Assembly: GCA_051362555.1 (NCBI GenBank)
Contig: CM120640.1
Coordinates: 63,280,788-63,344,787, forward strand
From: Lingula anatina
Taxonomy: Eukaryota > Animalia > Brachiopoda
Length of the DNA: 64,000 nucleotides
Direction of reading: 5' to 3'
Below, piece by piece: positions 38,029-53,800 of this stretch. The translations under genes were made by a program, and so were the position numbers. Position 1 is the first letter of the stretch; each line of letters starts with the position of its first letter. The notes beneath the pieces were generated by a model. That model was not told the DNA's origin, searched no databases, and saw only the letters and a list, made by a program, of their open reading frames with translations.

Positions 38029-41000
38029 TCATTTCTGTACTTCCTGTGCAACATCCACTTCCTGTGCCACTTCCACTTCCTGAGTGTCCTGCAGTTCCTT
38101 CATGAACTGCTGTCCCTTTCCACCTGCCAGATGACAGTAGTAGTGTGCTGCCTCAGTGTTCTGCATGGCTGTCAGGAACCTAGCATACTCTAGAAATACT
38201 GCCTCTAAAAGAGATGCTGGGCTTGTGTCAAGAATCATAAAATTTTGAGTGTTTTCTCTGATCCCACAACCTATTGGTTAATTTCTGTTTTGCCAAATTA
38301 ATTTTTAGTCAAATTATTACCATTCAACAAGAACAAAACAATCCATTAACAATCTAAAAACATACAAAAAGGATACAATTTTCTTTCGTCTTTTGAATGA
38401 TGCCAAACTCTAGACATGCCTCCAGGAACAGTGCTGCTCTGTCAAACTGCTGCTGTCCATATAACATCTCTAGTACCTTAACAAACTGCCGCAAAGACAA
38501 CATCACCAAAACTGCCTGACTCTGGAACCAACACATGGCAACATATAACTAACAATATTGTTTATCTTATAAATAAATCTCAATTACACAGTGAAAAATA
38601 CATAAAAATGAAGATGGTTCTTTTAAGGAGACAACATGCATTTAAAGGTACTTAAATTCATCTACTTACTGATCACTGATATATATATTATATCTTTAGG
38701 GGATATTACTGTTGCATTTTCCTTACTAAAAGTGTATTATATTTAGTTTTAAATATTTTCAAATCAAAACATCCAATATTCGATTAAGTTTACCTTGTGA
38801 TTAACAGCTGCAGAACAAAGATGCTCTGAATATCTTTTCATCACTTCCAAACTCTCTGACGCATTCAAAGTAGCCTAAAATAAATTGGAAAAAAATAATG
38901 ATACACGTATATCACTCTGACCAGTTGTGAAGAATACTTCACACTGAGGTTATTTCTATGTGCTGGCGTGCCTTTGCTGCAAAGGTATAAATTCCTTTCA
39001 GTTTTAGCCAAATCTGTCAAATTTGTTTCTGTCTCCTTGTCTTGGTCAGGGAAGTCTGTATGCAATTGCCAGAAGACTGTTGTGTGTGTGTGTGTGTGTG
39101 TGCGCGCGCACGCGTGGGTGCGTGTGTATACTGGGGTAGCGTTAACACTCGCTAATTTAGCCAAATGCTAAAACGGACTTCAATTGGCTAAACAAAATAG
39201 GGCCGATTTGATTTGTTTTAGTCACATTCAAACCATATTGTTCAAAAAGCAATGAAAAAATAGTGATTTGACTAAGTGAAAAAAATTGCTAGCGCTACCC
39301 CAGATATATATATTGCCAGATATATAGCTTGTTTAGATTGCTAGTTTTAAACCCCTGGCTTGTTATCTATCATCCCTACCTTGGCCAGCCATGCAGCCTG
39401 ATTCCACTCCCCGTAAGTCTGTAGGTAGCGACAGGCATCCAAGCCCTTGTCTATAAGACACAGCAACTGAACACCCTCTGTGAAATAAATATATCATAAC
39501 ATCATATTTATGATGATCTAAACTGCACCATTCCAAACTGACTGATTTGCTTCATCAATCAAAACTCTAAGGGCAATTAATCAAATAATATGTTATCATA
39601 ATAAATAAAATTGAAATGTCTAAATCTTTCAAGTACTACACACTAGTACATTTTAACAGCATTCCTGAAGATCAAAAGAATCTATATACAATATCTTTTG
39701 CTAATGTAAACTGATGTGAATAATAGAGTTGATTTTTTCACTGTTGTAATGCTGATGGTGAAGACAAAACTGCCTAAAATACTCTATTATCATACACCAA
39801 ATTTAATTTTTCTATCACACTGGGACACATAACAATCATTGAGCGCATTCTCAACGAATTAAGCCAGGCTTTACAAAGCCGGTGACCTAAAAATGGCGGA
39901 CGTACATGAAAGAAAAACCGCCTAATCTTTTAATAGTCTCTCCGCCTCCCCACACGTCGTCCCTGCGGGGTATAGTAATTAAATCGCGTCTCCGTTCGCC
40001 ATGCGGAAGCTACCTGAGAAATATTAAGTGCGCATGCTCATCAGTTAAACTCGTGGTGAAGAAAGCATGGCGGCTGAAGGCGATCGAAGGAAAAAAGCTC
40101 TTCTGTTCTATTATCTTTGAAAACAGAGACGAAAAAGGAATAATTTGGCCCATAGAGAAGCAATGAATCGACTATCTACGGAGATAATATCACCAGAGAT
40201 ATTCACGGAAATATTAATGTTTGGAGCCGAGATTTAATTACTGTACCCCGCAGGGACGACGTGTGGGGAGGCGGAGAGACTATTAAAAGATTAGGCGGTT
40301 TTTCTTTCATGTACGTCCGCCATTTTTAGGTCACCGGCTTTGTAAAGCCTGGCTTAATTCGTTGAGAATGCGCTCATTGTCTAATAAATAATACAATGTA
40401 TTGCTTATAATACACTTACAGCTCTTAATCGTTAATACAATAATATAAAAGACATACCTTGTTTAAAAGTTCTCTATAGCGATTTCTTACCTGAAAGCTT
40501 GCCATTTGCAATAAGATTTGTGGCCACCAGTTTGATGGTGCTCTGAGAGGCTCCAGACGACCTTATACTAGCCACCAAACATGCTCTGAAAAATAGTCAT
40601 ATCATCAAACATCCCTTTTATTAGAAAATTGTTACTTACAGTAATTAACTTTAAGTAAAAATACTACTTTATGAGAGAAATTCAAACTGCTTTTCACACT
40701 TATTCAAAAGTCTATTTTTCTTGTATTTGAACCAGAAATGAGCAAGTAATCACTGCAAAATGTTAGTGTACTAAATCTGCCAACTGCTGACATAACAAAC
40801 CAGAAAAAATGTATTCACAGTTGCATTACCTAAGACAATCTATGTAATAGCTGTCATTTTCAGCCTCCGTTTCTAGGAGAAGTTGCACAGCTCTGTCAGT
40901 TTGTCCTAGTAGCATAAGGTTCTCTGCTACTTTCTTTGTGTGTTCATAGGACTCCCTCTTGACATCATGCAGAGCAATACGGTCCAACTGATATTTCTAC

Positions 41001-41177
41001 AATAATCAACATTAAGAAGATAGGATGCTTTTATAAATCACAGAAGTTAGCAGTCTAGTCACAGTCAGGAAATTGTATTTATAAATGTACATAAGTCTGT
41101 GTAATTTATTCCTTTTTACCATCCTCTCACATCTGATGTTATGCTTATGGGATAAAGCAGCCAGCATCCTAAGTGAT

Positions 41178-41239
<62 letters not shown>

Positions 41240-44200
41240 GGGGGGGGGGTATAAATCATAACTTGTAAGTATTATTTCTTTCTCCCCAATCCCATCTTCT
41301 TGACAATATTTATTAATATACATGTAACAATAACCCCAAAGCAGTGTAAGGGAAGATATGGCGGGTAAGTATAGGCAGACTTCAGGTTATAAAATTTGCA
41401 TTATATTTGCTAGGCAAGATCAGGTAAACTTCAACCACCTCATGTACCTTTATAGTTACTAAATATTGCTGTAAAGAAATATAATATTTTGAAAGAGTCT
41501 TGAAAAATATACAAAACTAAAAAGCCTAGAGGATTTACATGTAGATTAATAAAACAATTCAAAGCAAAAAGTCTTGTGAAGAGAGGTTACCTGGAATGTC
41601 TGGTTATCACAGAGAACATCATAGCACGTCTCTAGTGGCTGGTCTTGTATCATGCGCCAGGCTTGCGCCTTGTCCAACTCAGACTGATCATCGTCCAGCT
41701 GAACCAGGTCACAACTACTACTGCCTGGTTTGTACAGGTCACCAGAGCCAGAGCTGCTGGACAGTTGTTTCTGGAGGAGCTGTGAATAATTACGATTCAG
41801 TGCAGTGAATCAATACTGGGTTGATGAACAGTCAATTTTTCATGAGACATAAAAGGGGGGTATTTTTTCTCTCTCTAATACAATATGCAGTCATTGAACG
41901 ACAAGTTACTAAGAAAAATATTATTTTACATTCTGAACTAAATACAAAAAACGCTATTTTCCCCCCTAATTAAATTCAAATAACATCATTCAGACATTCA
42001 AACACGTTTCCCACACTGTATGCATTTATTAGAATGCTCTAACTGTGAATTATAACAGGCTGTTCAAATTGTTTCACCTTTCCCAAAGGCTGCACTTTCT
42101 CTGCCCTGAGATAGTGCAGAGCCACAGTCCAGAAGTGAAGGTCAGACTCATCTCCAAATATCCGAGCAGTAAGAAGGCAGCGCTCTGCTGTCCCAAAGCT
42201 ACAGCTGGTCAGATATGCCTTTAAGTCACTACATGAAAAAATATTTCTGGATAAATGTCTCCTATATGATAGAATATATAGGAAACAGTACATAAAAAAA
42301 ATCTAACAGTTTTAGCTAACAGAAGGTTCACAACCCCTTGCATAATATATGTGACACTGACATATTTTCTGTACAAAAATTAAATATAATTTAAATGAGA
42401 AAAAAAAAACTTGATTTTCATCTTTCTTAGTTGTAAAGCATACAACTAAGAAAGAAAGAAAGAACAATGAAAATCAACTGATTAAAGATACATTTGTTTC
42501 CCTAAAAAATTTCATCAACCTTTCACCATAGGAGGTTTTTATTACATGGTACAACAATGACTATATGGCAACGTCCAGCATCTGCATTTCGACTCAAAAT
42601 GCTGGTAGGAGACCAAATGGGTTGTGCCCACAAGCTGCAGCAATCCTGAGATAAATGGTCAGCACAATAAACACCAGGGATGACTAATTACAGGTAAACA
42701 AACTTCCCAGCACAACTCAAATGTATTTAAGGAAATCAAGCTGAAAGTTGTGCTGGACACAGTGGAAGTTGGACAAAAATTCTCTCCATCTTTTAATACA
42801 ACCTACTTGTCTAATATCTTAAACTGCATGTTGACCAGATGCTGCACCTCATTGTTAATGTGTTGGCCTAGTTCTAGCTTGTACTCTTGCCATGGCTGAT
42901 GCTGTAACAAGTATTTTAGGGTCAGAGCTGCCTTGCTGGGCAGCAGATGGGGGCAGAATATAGGGGCTGAAAAATAACGTAATGTCAGGTGAAAATATCA
43001 AGAAAAAAATCACAAATAAGCTGAAATAAATACTCAGAAGCTAAGTTAGAACTTAGATACAAATATTTTCCGATAAGTTACTTGACTGAGTACATAGCTT
43101 ATTGTTCTTATTCAAATTTATACAACCAAGCATGTGATGGAAACAGTGACACATGTGCTCTGAAGCAGTATGTAAAATTATGCTACTGGTATAACATATC
43201 TCTAAAATTAAAATGAGAGTACTAAAACATTGCTGAAGATGCCACCAAATATTGGCATTTTTTAAATTCCGCATAAAATCTAGTGCATGATGCCTATAAC
43301 TATCTTCTTCAGTGCTATAAGATTACCTGTCAAATGATACTCCTCCAGGGTTGCCATGGCGCCCTTCAAATCCAGATCTGCCACCCGAATGCAGCCATCT
43401 GCTGTTGCCAAGACAGGTTTGTCTGAAGCAGCCCAGTCTATATCATTGATTCTTGGAAGCTCTTTGGGGCACTTCAAAGAGCTTACTTGTTCCAGCTGTA
43501 ATGGTATTTCATTTCTTAGAAGCTAGCTACTCATGGGTAGCAAAACTGTCTACATAAAAACCATTATCATGGCAAAATAAGTGTAAGTCTGAAGTAGACT
43601 ACAAGTGCAGAGAAAATATGTTACACAAGGAATTTTAGTTTTATTATATACAAACACCTGTGAACAATTAAAAGATCATAATAAAGACTCGTCATTTCAA
43701 CATTATATGTAAGCTGCCAATATTTTTCTTCTGTTGAATATAACTGTTTCATGTAATGTCATTTTGACAGGCTAATTAAAGCAGTGTCAGATACTGAAAT
43801 AGAAAAATTATTCATACATCTTTGGTGTCCCATATATCAGCACCATCATTATACATAACTAACAGTTTCTGGTTGCCTCGACCAGGGGCAAACTTGACCT
43901 TTCTGATCCAACCACGATGAGTAGGGATGGCCCTGGAAAACATTTGGTATATTGTGAAAGTAACATTTAATCAAACATGTACAATAAAAATGCATCATAA
44001 GGAAAAACAACTTTTACCAAAAAGCTCATGCGAAACTTATTTTTATGTATTTTTCTTACTTCATAATATCAGAATGAAAATTAAGGAACATTCACAGCTG
44101 TACGACAAATGTTAATTTGGCATTCAAACAAAAATGCTCCTTACTGGCAATTACATAAAAACATTTTAAGGAAGAAGAAAATTGTGAAAATGACAAAAAA

Positions 44201-47200
44201 GAGTTCATGCAGACATTTTAGTTGATAATTACTTTGACAGCCTTGCCCTAAGATCCCATATGTTGAGATTTCCATCCACATCGCCCATCACCATAGTGTC
44301 ACTCTTCCAGGCCAGACTGGTGATGCTACCCATGCCATTCTGTCAACACACAAATCAAACAGTGTACAGAGAACTGCGGGTAATTATCAGACAAAATAAA
44401 AAAATATTTAGAAAAAGAAAATGTGCCTGTGTACTTTGCCTGGGTGGATTTGAGGTGCAGATATGACTTTTTATCTTAAAAGGGACTGAAATGCCATCAG
44501 AATCAGTATTAAGATTCTTCAACCTGCACATACATTTTAGAAAATTGTATTATAAATGTAGCACTATACCCTGCATCTTCTCTTCTTTAACAAGACTTTT
44601 TTCAGCTTTATTGCATAATATACATGTATCATACCATTACCAAAAAATATTTTTAAGAATTCCAGTTTTAGATTCTACAATTTATCAATTCATTTCAGAA
44701 ATATCATGCAGAACTACATGTACCAAGCTGATTACCAGACCTTGAACAAAGAAAGTTCAATGTTCATGACATTATTAAAGTACCTCTGGTGGAATCTTGG
44801 ACCCATCTTTGATGATACTGCCCTCTACAATAAAATGATACAGTAGACCATCGGCATCTGTGAACACAAAATGTTCCCTGGAATGGCCTGCTGTTGTCTG
44901 GGAGCTGCCTGGCTTGTCTGAACTGCACAAAAATAATAAAAACTTACATCTCCCTATTCTGTTAAGATTCACTAACATAATACTGTCAGATTTTTAAAAA
45001 ATCTATAGAATATAACTATTTTCTGTTCTTAACTGTAATTGTTGCTCATAAGATGACCACAGCATAAAAAAACCCTTCTAAACCAATCACGCAGACTTAT
45101 TTTTGAACTTGACCTGCTACTGTAAAACAACAGATAACAGCTGAATGTTAAAAACAAAATGGAAACTGTGACGGTAAATAATATTGTCTTACTTGGTTGT
45201 GGTTTCAGTCGAAATTGCTGCTGGTGCCGAGGTTGTAAGGTCCGTAACTGACAATGTTGTGACTCCCTCATTGGTTTGACGCTTCTTCAGGGTCTTAGTG
45301 CTGTGAGAGGGTGCCCAGCACTAGACAAAAGGAGGTTCGATAAATATGAGCTAAATTATAATCTTTATGTTAACAATCTCAAACAAAGATATTCATTACT
45401 GTAACCAACCTTGGTTACCACTGTATATGAAAACAACAACAACAACAACAACAAAAGAATATATCAAAATAACGCAATTTCTCTGCTCAATTCATGGCCA
45501 AGGGAGGTAATTGTGCAAGTACATATGCAAACACAGGACTGATAAAGTCCTCCTTGTTGGTATTCTATAAGATGACCAAAACTTAGGTAAGACAAATTGT
45601 GGACTTTGCCTTTCAAAATGATTTTGAACAACAATTATCTTCTATGGAAGACTCAGTCTACTGGGCAGACTAGCTCCAGGTCCACCTACTGAAGCTCACT
45701 GCACATTCACAAAATTTAGACCTTACTCACCAAAGCTGTTGTTCTTGGAAAATTCCTTGGCATCTCTCGTATGATTGACAGAGTCCTGAGATCCCACAAC
45801 TCAAAAGGTTTGTCCTTGAACACAACCACAAAGTACTGCCTGCAATTAAAAATCCAAAATCATAACATGTGCAATGAAAACAACACCATTATGCAGGTTA
45901 TTGCAATAAAATCTACGACAATCTTCTCTGGGGACAATCTTATCACCATCTATAAAATCAGTAGGCACTGTATAATTCAACTAATTGGAACCTGGAAGAA
46001 TCAATCACATACCTAAGTAGAGAATAGATGAGTTAATTAGATAATGTGACCAATAAATTATGTACGAAAATATTAAACTGGAAATATAATACTTTTTAAT
46101 AATCTGAACTGGATATGTTATCAGTTACCTTAATGGCGATACAGCTATCAGTTCTATAGGAGACTCTTCCTCCCTGTTCTGTCTAACTTGAGTTACAGTG
46201 CCTATCAAATTTTAAATAATTCTTCACAATTCATAGTATAATTGATATATTAAACATATTGAATAACAAGGAAATTTACTCTCTGCTGTGAAAAGTCATA
46301 AGTACTGTACAAAATCTAAGAAAACTTTTTAAACTTAGGGTAATATAAGATAAGGGTTGCATCCATTCTCCATATTTTCAAAACTGAACAGGCATGTGTG
46401 ATAATACAGTGTATACCTGACTGCACATTAACCAAAACCAATTCATTCTTCACTTGACTGCTGGAGCTGATGCCAGAGTGAGCAAAGGACAGGAAGGCAG
46501 TGAGGCTTACCCAGTCAATGCCCCTAAAAACAAAACAAAAAAGGACATGTTATCATGTTGCTACAATTCTTAGCTTACAGACTGGCATGTTGAATAATTA
46601 TTCAAATTTCTTATAATCTTAACTTTTTGACATTACTTTAGGAAACTTCTCAAATAATAGTTGTGAATTCCAAAACATATGAATAAAGCACAAGTATATT
46701 TTCTCTAATTGTATTTTGATCTTAATGTATAAATCTTTTCTTCTTTATTTTTATTTGCAGTTACATATCTGTATAACTTCGACCTTCTAGTTGCTATGAT
46801 TTTTAATAAATTTACAATAAAAGCTGCTCTGAACCAAAGAGAAAAAAAATTAATAGTGAGCCCAGTTCAAGTAACATGCTGAGACTGTACATTTAAATCA
46901 TTTTTTAAAAAGAATGAACAAAATCAGTTTTGGTCAAAATTTCAGGAAATAAAAACATCCCTCTAAATGCGGCCTTACTTGACAGCTGAGGAATGCACAC
47001 TATATTCTCTGTACTGCTCTCCACTGCTGACATTGAAGACCTGCACAGTGCCATTCGGGGTGCCTGGAGTGAGGAAACAACACACACATAACACATGTAT
47101 CTTATAAACTTGACAGAAATAGTTTATCTCTTTTGTTTGTCTTTTTATTTACTAGTACATGTATTACCCTTTGCTAACCAATAGTTTGAATTTTTAAAAT

Positions 47201-47851
47201 TTACTAACAGCTAACATATGCACGTAAAAAATGGTTTGTACAAAAGATCATTTTCTTGGCAAAAATTAATTTTTTTTATATATCTGTTATTTTTCATCAA
47301 ATTGTAAGGGCGGTGTTGCCTAACCATTATTTTTTTAAAGGATGTAAAAATGCTTATTAATTTCCATTATAGCTGTTGTTTTATGGTAACAAGCTGCAAC
47401 AAGGTGACTCATGACATTAATTGTGGTTCTGGTGACACAGCTGTATGTACTTGTGAAAATGAGGATATCTTTACTAACCAACCGCCAGCAGAGGTTTGTA
47501 GGTGCTGAAATTCTTAGTAGTCAGAGGTGGACACATCTTGATGACCAGAGGAGCTGGACCTAGACCAGACATCATCCCAGTGAGGACAAACTTGAACACA
47601 ATACCATGCCTGCTCTTGCTGGCCAGGCTATCTGGACTGCACACCTGTGTGTTGCCTGAGAAGATAAAGTACCCCATCAGAAATACAAAAATAATATCAA
47701 ACTCTTTTGGACTTTCATTGATAAATGAGATTTAGAAAATGAAACTGTTGAAATATTTTTCATAAAGCTCTGCATAATATGAAAATTACACATTGTGTCA
47801 ACTTATAAAGCTCTGCATGTTATGAAAATTACTTTGGCAAAGTGAAATTCA

Positions 47852-47886
<35 letters not shown>

Positions 47887-50800
47887 AAATAAAAAGATTG
47901 CTCACCTATGTAATCATTGAGTGTGCTCTTAGGGAAAGGTGCATTAGACACCAGAGGAAGCTGACATTCAAAAGCTGAGAACATGAACTTTTGCACTTTA
48001 CTGTGACCAGGAGTATACATTGGAGAATTGCCAGAGAGACTGTCCTAATGAAGCAAATAAAACTAATTAATCTGAATACAAACTATGCATGTTCTATACT
48101 TGGTTTGTCCAACAAGACTGTCCAGTCAACTAAATCAGAATATCAAATTAATGCACAGAGTTTTTATATTCTTTGTAATTAAAGGATATCCACACCCAAT
48201 TAGACAGTATGAAGAAAGTAAAACTTAATTTTAACTCTCATCTGATCATTCGGGATTCTACGAGATATGCGTGCGCCTGGTACTCAATTCTGCGTTTGCT
48301 TGTCCTCGTGCTCACACGTGCACTCGATTATTCATCGATTTTTTATAATTTACGTGTTTTTTTAAAGACTGGTCATACTCTTTTGTGAGAGATTGCTTGA
48401 CAGACAATCTTTTGTACTAATTGACGCTGGTTTTTTAGCATGTCGTCGGCTCAGACCGGACTGCAAAGCGACTTAGTTGGCGCTATTATTGCTCAGGCTG
48501 ATGGCATGTTTGTTATCGGGAAAAGCTTACAAGAAAAGGGTATTTCAGGCAAAACTCAAGACATTATTATGCAATCTTGGCGGACTGGCACACGAAAACA
48601 GTACAACACCTACATCAAAAAATGGATTAATTACTGCACTAAACTCAATTATGATCCCTTTCAGCCAAGTGTGCCACAAATATTAGGATTTCTCACTGAA
48701 CTGTTTGAAGCTGGTCTTAATTACAGTGCCATTTGCACTGCAAGATCTGCTTTATCAGCTTTTGTGCAACTGAAAGATTCCTCAACACTTGGATCTAACC
48801 AGCTCATCAAGCGTTTCATCAAAGGTGTATTTCACAGCAGACCTTCTTTTCCCAGATACCAAACCACATGGGATACAAATATTGTATTAGCATACCTAGA
48901 GAAATTATTACCAGTTTCAGAACTTTCAGACAAAGATCTAACACTCAAACTAGTTATGCTGGTGGCACTGATATCAGGACAAAGATGTCAATCAATTCAT
49001 CTCATGAACCTTAAAACAGTGTTAAAAACTGACACAGGAGTGGCTTTTTTAATTGACGCATTAGTTAAACAGTCTAGACCAACAAAAGATCAGCCAATCA
49101 TAAACTTACCTGGTTTCCCAGAGAACAGCAGACTCTGTGTGTTGAATGTGTTACATGAATATTTAATTAGAACTAGCAAATATAGAAGTAGTGGTGTTTC
49201 ACAACTTTTTCTTAGTTACAACAGACCTTTTAATCCTGTAAAAAGGATACGGTTGCTAGATGGATAAAGACAGTCATGTTAAAGGCTGGAGTGAATACAA
49301 GTGTGTTTAAAGCACATAGCACACGTGCAGCTTCTACTAGTAAAGCTTTTGCTGCCAATATTCCACTCAGTACCATTTTGCGTACAGCTGGTTGGAGTAA
49401 CAACAATACCTTTTCTAGGTTTTATAACAAACCAACAGTATCACAGAATACTAGTTTTGCTTTTTCAGTGCTTGAAAAACTGTGATTATGATTCATGAGA
49501 ATATTGTTTGAGTTGCATTTAAAAAAAAAAAAAACTTGTTTCAACAGTTCTTTGTTCGTGTTCACGACAGCTTTGAAATCTCGTAGAATCCCGAATGATC
49601 AGATGAGAGTTAAATTTAAAGATTAAACGAGACTTACCTGTAAGTTGAAGTTTGATTGGAATTTAACTCTCATCTGGATCATTTGAGGGATTATACGCCC
49701 ACCCTTATTTTCAGTTAACACCCACCCTTCTTCCTTTGTTGCCGTGAACACTCAACTTTAAAGATTGAGTACCACGCAGGCGCACGCATATCTTGTATAA
49801 TCCCTCAAATGATCCAGATGAGAGTTAAATTCCAATCAAACTTCAACTTACAGGTAAGTCTCGTTTAATCTTTAAATTATATAACAAGGAATTAAAAATA
49901 CAATTTATCACATTGAACTCAACCTATGATAAATTTTCTTTAGACAAATGGCTAGATTATTTCTGCTAGTTTCAAATTTTGAATGAGAGGAATGAAGAAA
50001 AATTTGTTTGGCCATAAAAATCTTACTTGTACTCAAGAGCAACTCAATATTTTGCAAATGTATAATTTCAATGACAGGCTTATCATGTTGTGAAAATGAA
50101 TAAGTAATTGGAATAGAAAATAACTGAAAACAAAAATAGATGAATGGGCAAGATATGGTAGTGTCATTTTTATATTAACCAATCAAAAAGCAATGCTCAC
50201 TTCACTGTCAACAGCCATCAAATCCCAGACCAAGACACGCCCATCACTCATGATGAGGCTTATGTTCCGCTCTGTCACTGGGCTGCACACCATGCCGTAC
50301 ACTCTAGCATGCTTGGTTAGACGCATGGGATCTGATTGGCAGCGTAGATCATAAATCATGTCTGGCTGGCTCACACCAATACTGTTTTCTTCTGAAGTTT
50401 ACAAAGAATTAATGTGTAGTGTACAAAATTAGGCATTTATTTACTTTTATGGTCAAATAATTAGTATTCAGCTTTTACACTGAAATCCAAGGTATTTGAG
50501 GATGTGAACTGCAAGTTAAGACTATAAGACTATGGGGACTTTTCTTGCTCTCTAAAAAGGATAATTTACAAAATTAATGAAAATTAAAAGATCTAATGTT
50601 TCATTTATTGGGCTTGATTATTAAGTTTGGGGTTGGTGCTAGTAAATGAAGAACACAATCCACTGTGTGCTATACTGACATTAGTGTATTCTACATATAC
50701 AAAATAAATAATGCTATGCTACATGTAACAACTTTGCACTTAAGATCAAAATACTTGTACAGTAGACCCAAGTACCTTATTTGACATTAAAAACGAACAG

Positions 50801-53800
50801 ATTGCTTTGTATAAAATAATAAAATTGAGGAATGATTGGCATCTCTTTAACTTCTGACAATCTGGCAATGTCCCAATACACAGAACAATTCCTTGCACTA
50901 ACCTTGTGTGCCATATGTTCCCACTTGTTCTGGAGTGGCTGCCACTGCTGCCCCCTTGTGTCTGACTCTCACAGTGATTGACCCATTGTCATGAAGACCC
51001 AAGAGAACATCTCTCTGACTACATGGGATAATCTGAAAGTTTGAGTATAAACATGTACATTCCCTTCTTACAGAATCAAAATGTCACTGGAACTAAGTCA
51101 CTATAATGTTTTGGTTTAGACTTTTATTACAGGTGACCAAATTACTATAACTCCATAAATTCATAGATTTACATGTACCATTTGTAATCCAAGTCATAAC
51201 CACTTTTCGTAAATGAAACAAAAGAACAACGACACTAACCTGTAAGCCAGGTTCACTTTCACTCATAAAATCTAAGGACAGGACACACAGGAATAGCCAT
51301 AACACCCTTAGTCATATAATATACCTGAGCAAAAGATGATCCAGTTCTGTCAATAGGGATAATACCAACTGTCTGGTTAATCTCCAGGTCCAGTATTAAT
51401 ACCTCCCTGGCATACAGAAGTATGATGTGGTGGCGGCAAGTCTGGTGGTAGGTTAACTGTAGGCACTCATTCAGGGTCACATTGACTTCTTCCAAGGGCA
51501 CTGTTCTTAAGTGGTATAAAACATTTCTGAGATGAATGAAGAATGTGATTTAATATTGCCTGAGCAATAGTTTCAGGCACACAATAAAACAATGGAAAAT
51601 TCTAAAATAAAAACAAAATTGATATGGCTGGCACTTGGGTGTGGAGATTTTTGATTATCCACAGCCAAAGGACATGCCTGCTCAAATACATGATACAGAA
51701 ACCACTGACTGCCATATTAGGAACTTTGTCTAAGAAATAAATGAAACTTGGCTCTGCTCACTTCTCTTTCTTTTCTCCTTGGAGTAACTGGCTCATTCTC
51801 TTTAATGTGATCTTACTGGACTTTTTCTCTCCATTCACAGCAACAGGAGCTACAATAAAATATTTTTGTCAGAGAGAAAGCCAAGGAATCAATTTGATAT
51901 TAAAAGCTGGGCATTTAATCTTATCTTGTAAATTGAGACTTTTTTCAAAACACCTATGCCAATTATGTAAAAATTATGAAATTTTAGCAAGGACTTGCCT
52001 CATAGGCATGTAAAATACATTAAAAAATTGATATTTCTTCTACAACATATTTTAAGCAGAGCAAAAAGGCAATGAATGCCTAGAACTTTTTAATTAGCCT
52101 AAAAAGAGAGAGCAAAAAGAGATCTATAAAATGTTTTCATCAATAGTTATGCTTTCTGAGTTTGGAACTCCACAATCTGTAAGTTTATATCATGGAGCAA
52201 CAACTTCAAAGTCACAAAAAAGTCCATGATATTTTAGCATCAAAATTCTGTTCAAGCAATTTAAAAACTCAGAAGAATAATAAAAAATACCTTGCACAGC
52301 AGGCAATTGAGAACTGGGACTGGAGACAAAAAACTTTTTCCCATTACTGGAGGGAACCTTGACCACTGAGAAGTCATCAATAAAAACTATACAGTCTTGA
52401 CCCAGGACTGAAAAGACAAATAAAATTTGTTGAATAATTCACTTACCATTCAGACATCCAACAAATGGTATCTGTCAATGTTACCATCTCATTTATACAA
52501 AAATCTTTAGACACAATATATTTTTATAGACAACTAACAGTAGTATTGTAATTTTAAAATAAACAATTACCAAAGATAATTCATCTCATTTTTATACAGC
52601 ATTTCCTCAAATATTCTGACACCATGATAACATAATTTTCATTAATTAGAAGCTTAGAGGAAAATACATTCCACCTAATTTAACATTTGTAAATGAACAA
52701 GGTAAAAAATATTTTCCTTAATAAGAACTTGTTCTTGTCCTTATAAACTTGTTGAGCAAATAAACACTCCTATCTTTAACCACTTTGAACTGATGACCTA
52801 CATGCCACATTTTTGGAGTCAAATGGGTCAAAAGAGAATGATGTCAGAGTCTCAGTGTATGTTTTCTTCCACAGTTTCTGGCCTGTGTCTGCTCTCCACA
52901 GCACCAGGGAGTACGGAGGACAGAGGGTCACCAGCAGGTCATGGGCGTGGTCCTGATAGGACAGCCATTCCATATCTGAGAAACAGACAGCATTAGTGTT
53001 ATCATAATTATTTGTCTAGAATACTTGATTTAATATCTTTAGAGCAGCTATAAGGTACCCCATACTTAAACTGCTGCTTCAAATTTAATGTCTTGTCATT
53101 AACTTCTATTCACATTCAGGCAGTATATGACAATAACATAAAACATTAAAAATGATATATTTCACTCACCTACACATGCAAACAAACATGCACACACATG
53201 CATGCACTCCCATCTGTGCGCACACAAACACGTACACACACACAGTTTTATCAATAAACTGCTCACCTTGAACAGGTTTGTTTCCATCAGCAAAGTCTAT
53301 TTTACTTGTCCCAGTGCTAATGCTCCAAATCACTATCCTGCCATTAGTGTCTGCTGAAGCCAGACGTAGGGGGTACCCTGTCACAACATCATGGAAATAA
53401 TTCTCTTTCCCCCACTTCACCTGGAATAAGAAAGCAGAACGGTGCATAAGATGCTTCTGAAATACTGGTAACACACTGTGGCAAAGAGAACAAAAGGGAT
53501 TATATCTAAAAATTGCTACATAATTCCAATGCAGAAATTATACTGTAATATTACAATTAAGTGGAAAACATACTTTGATGTTACATTTCAGAATAAGGTA
53601 GGTATTTCAGAATAAGGTAAGTATCAAGGTTACCTTAACTACATTTCCTCTGTGCTTCTCAAGGGTCTGCAAAATCTGTATTAATGAGAAAAGAATCAAA
53701 ATTAGAGAAAAACTGTGCCAATAGTAATGAAAAGTAAGAAATGTAAAGTGTAATATAAGCATATTTATTACTTTTACTCATTGTGACAATAGAAACTTTT

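Noticed and set aside
48181-48189. ATATCCTTT on the minus strand as a second U12 donor
   Set aside because: It is not adjacent to any WDR11 exon.
49238-49250. Programmed -1 frameshift in the YR gene
   Set aside because: There is no canonical X XXY YYZ heptamer with evident downstream structure; mutation or homopolymer error is more likely.
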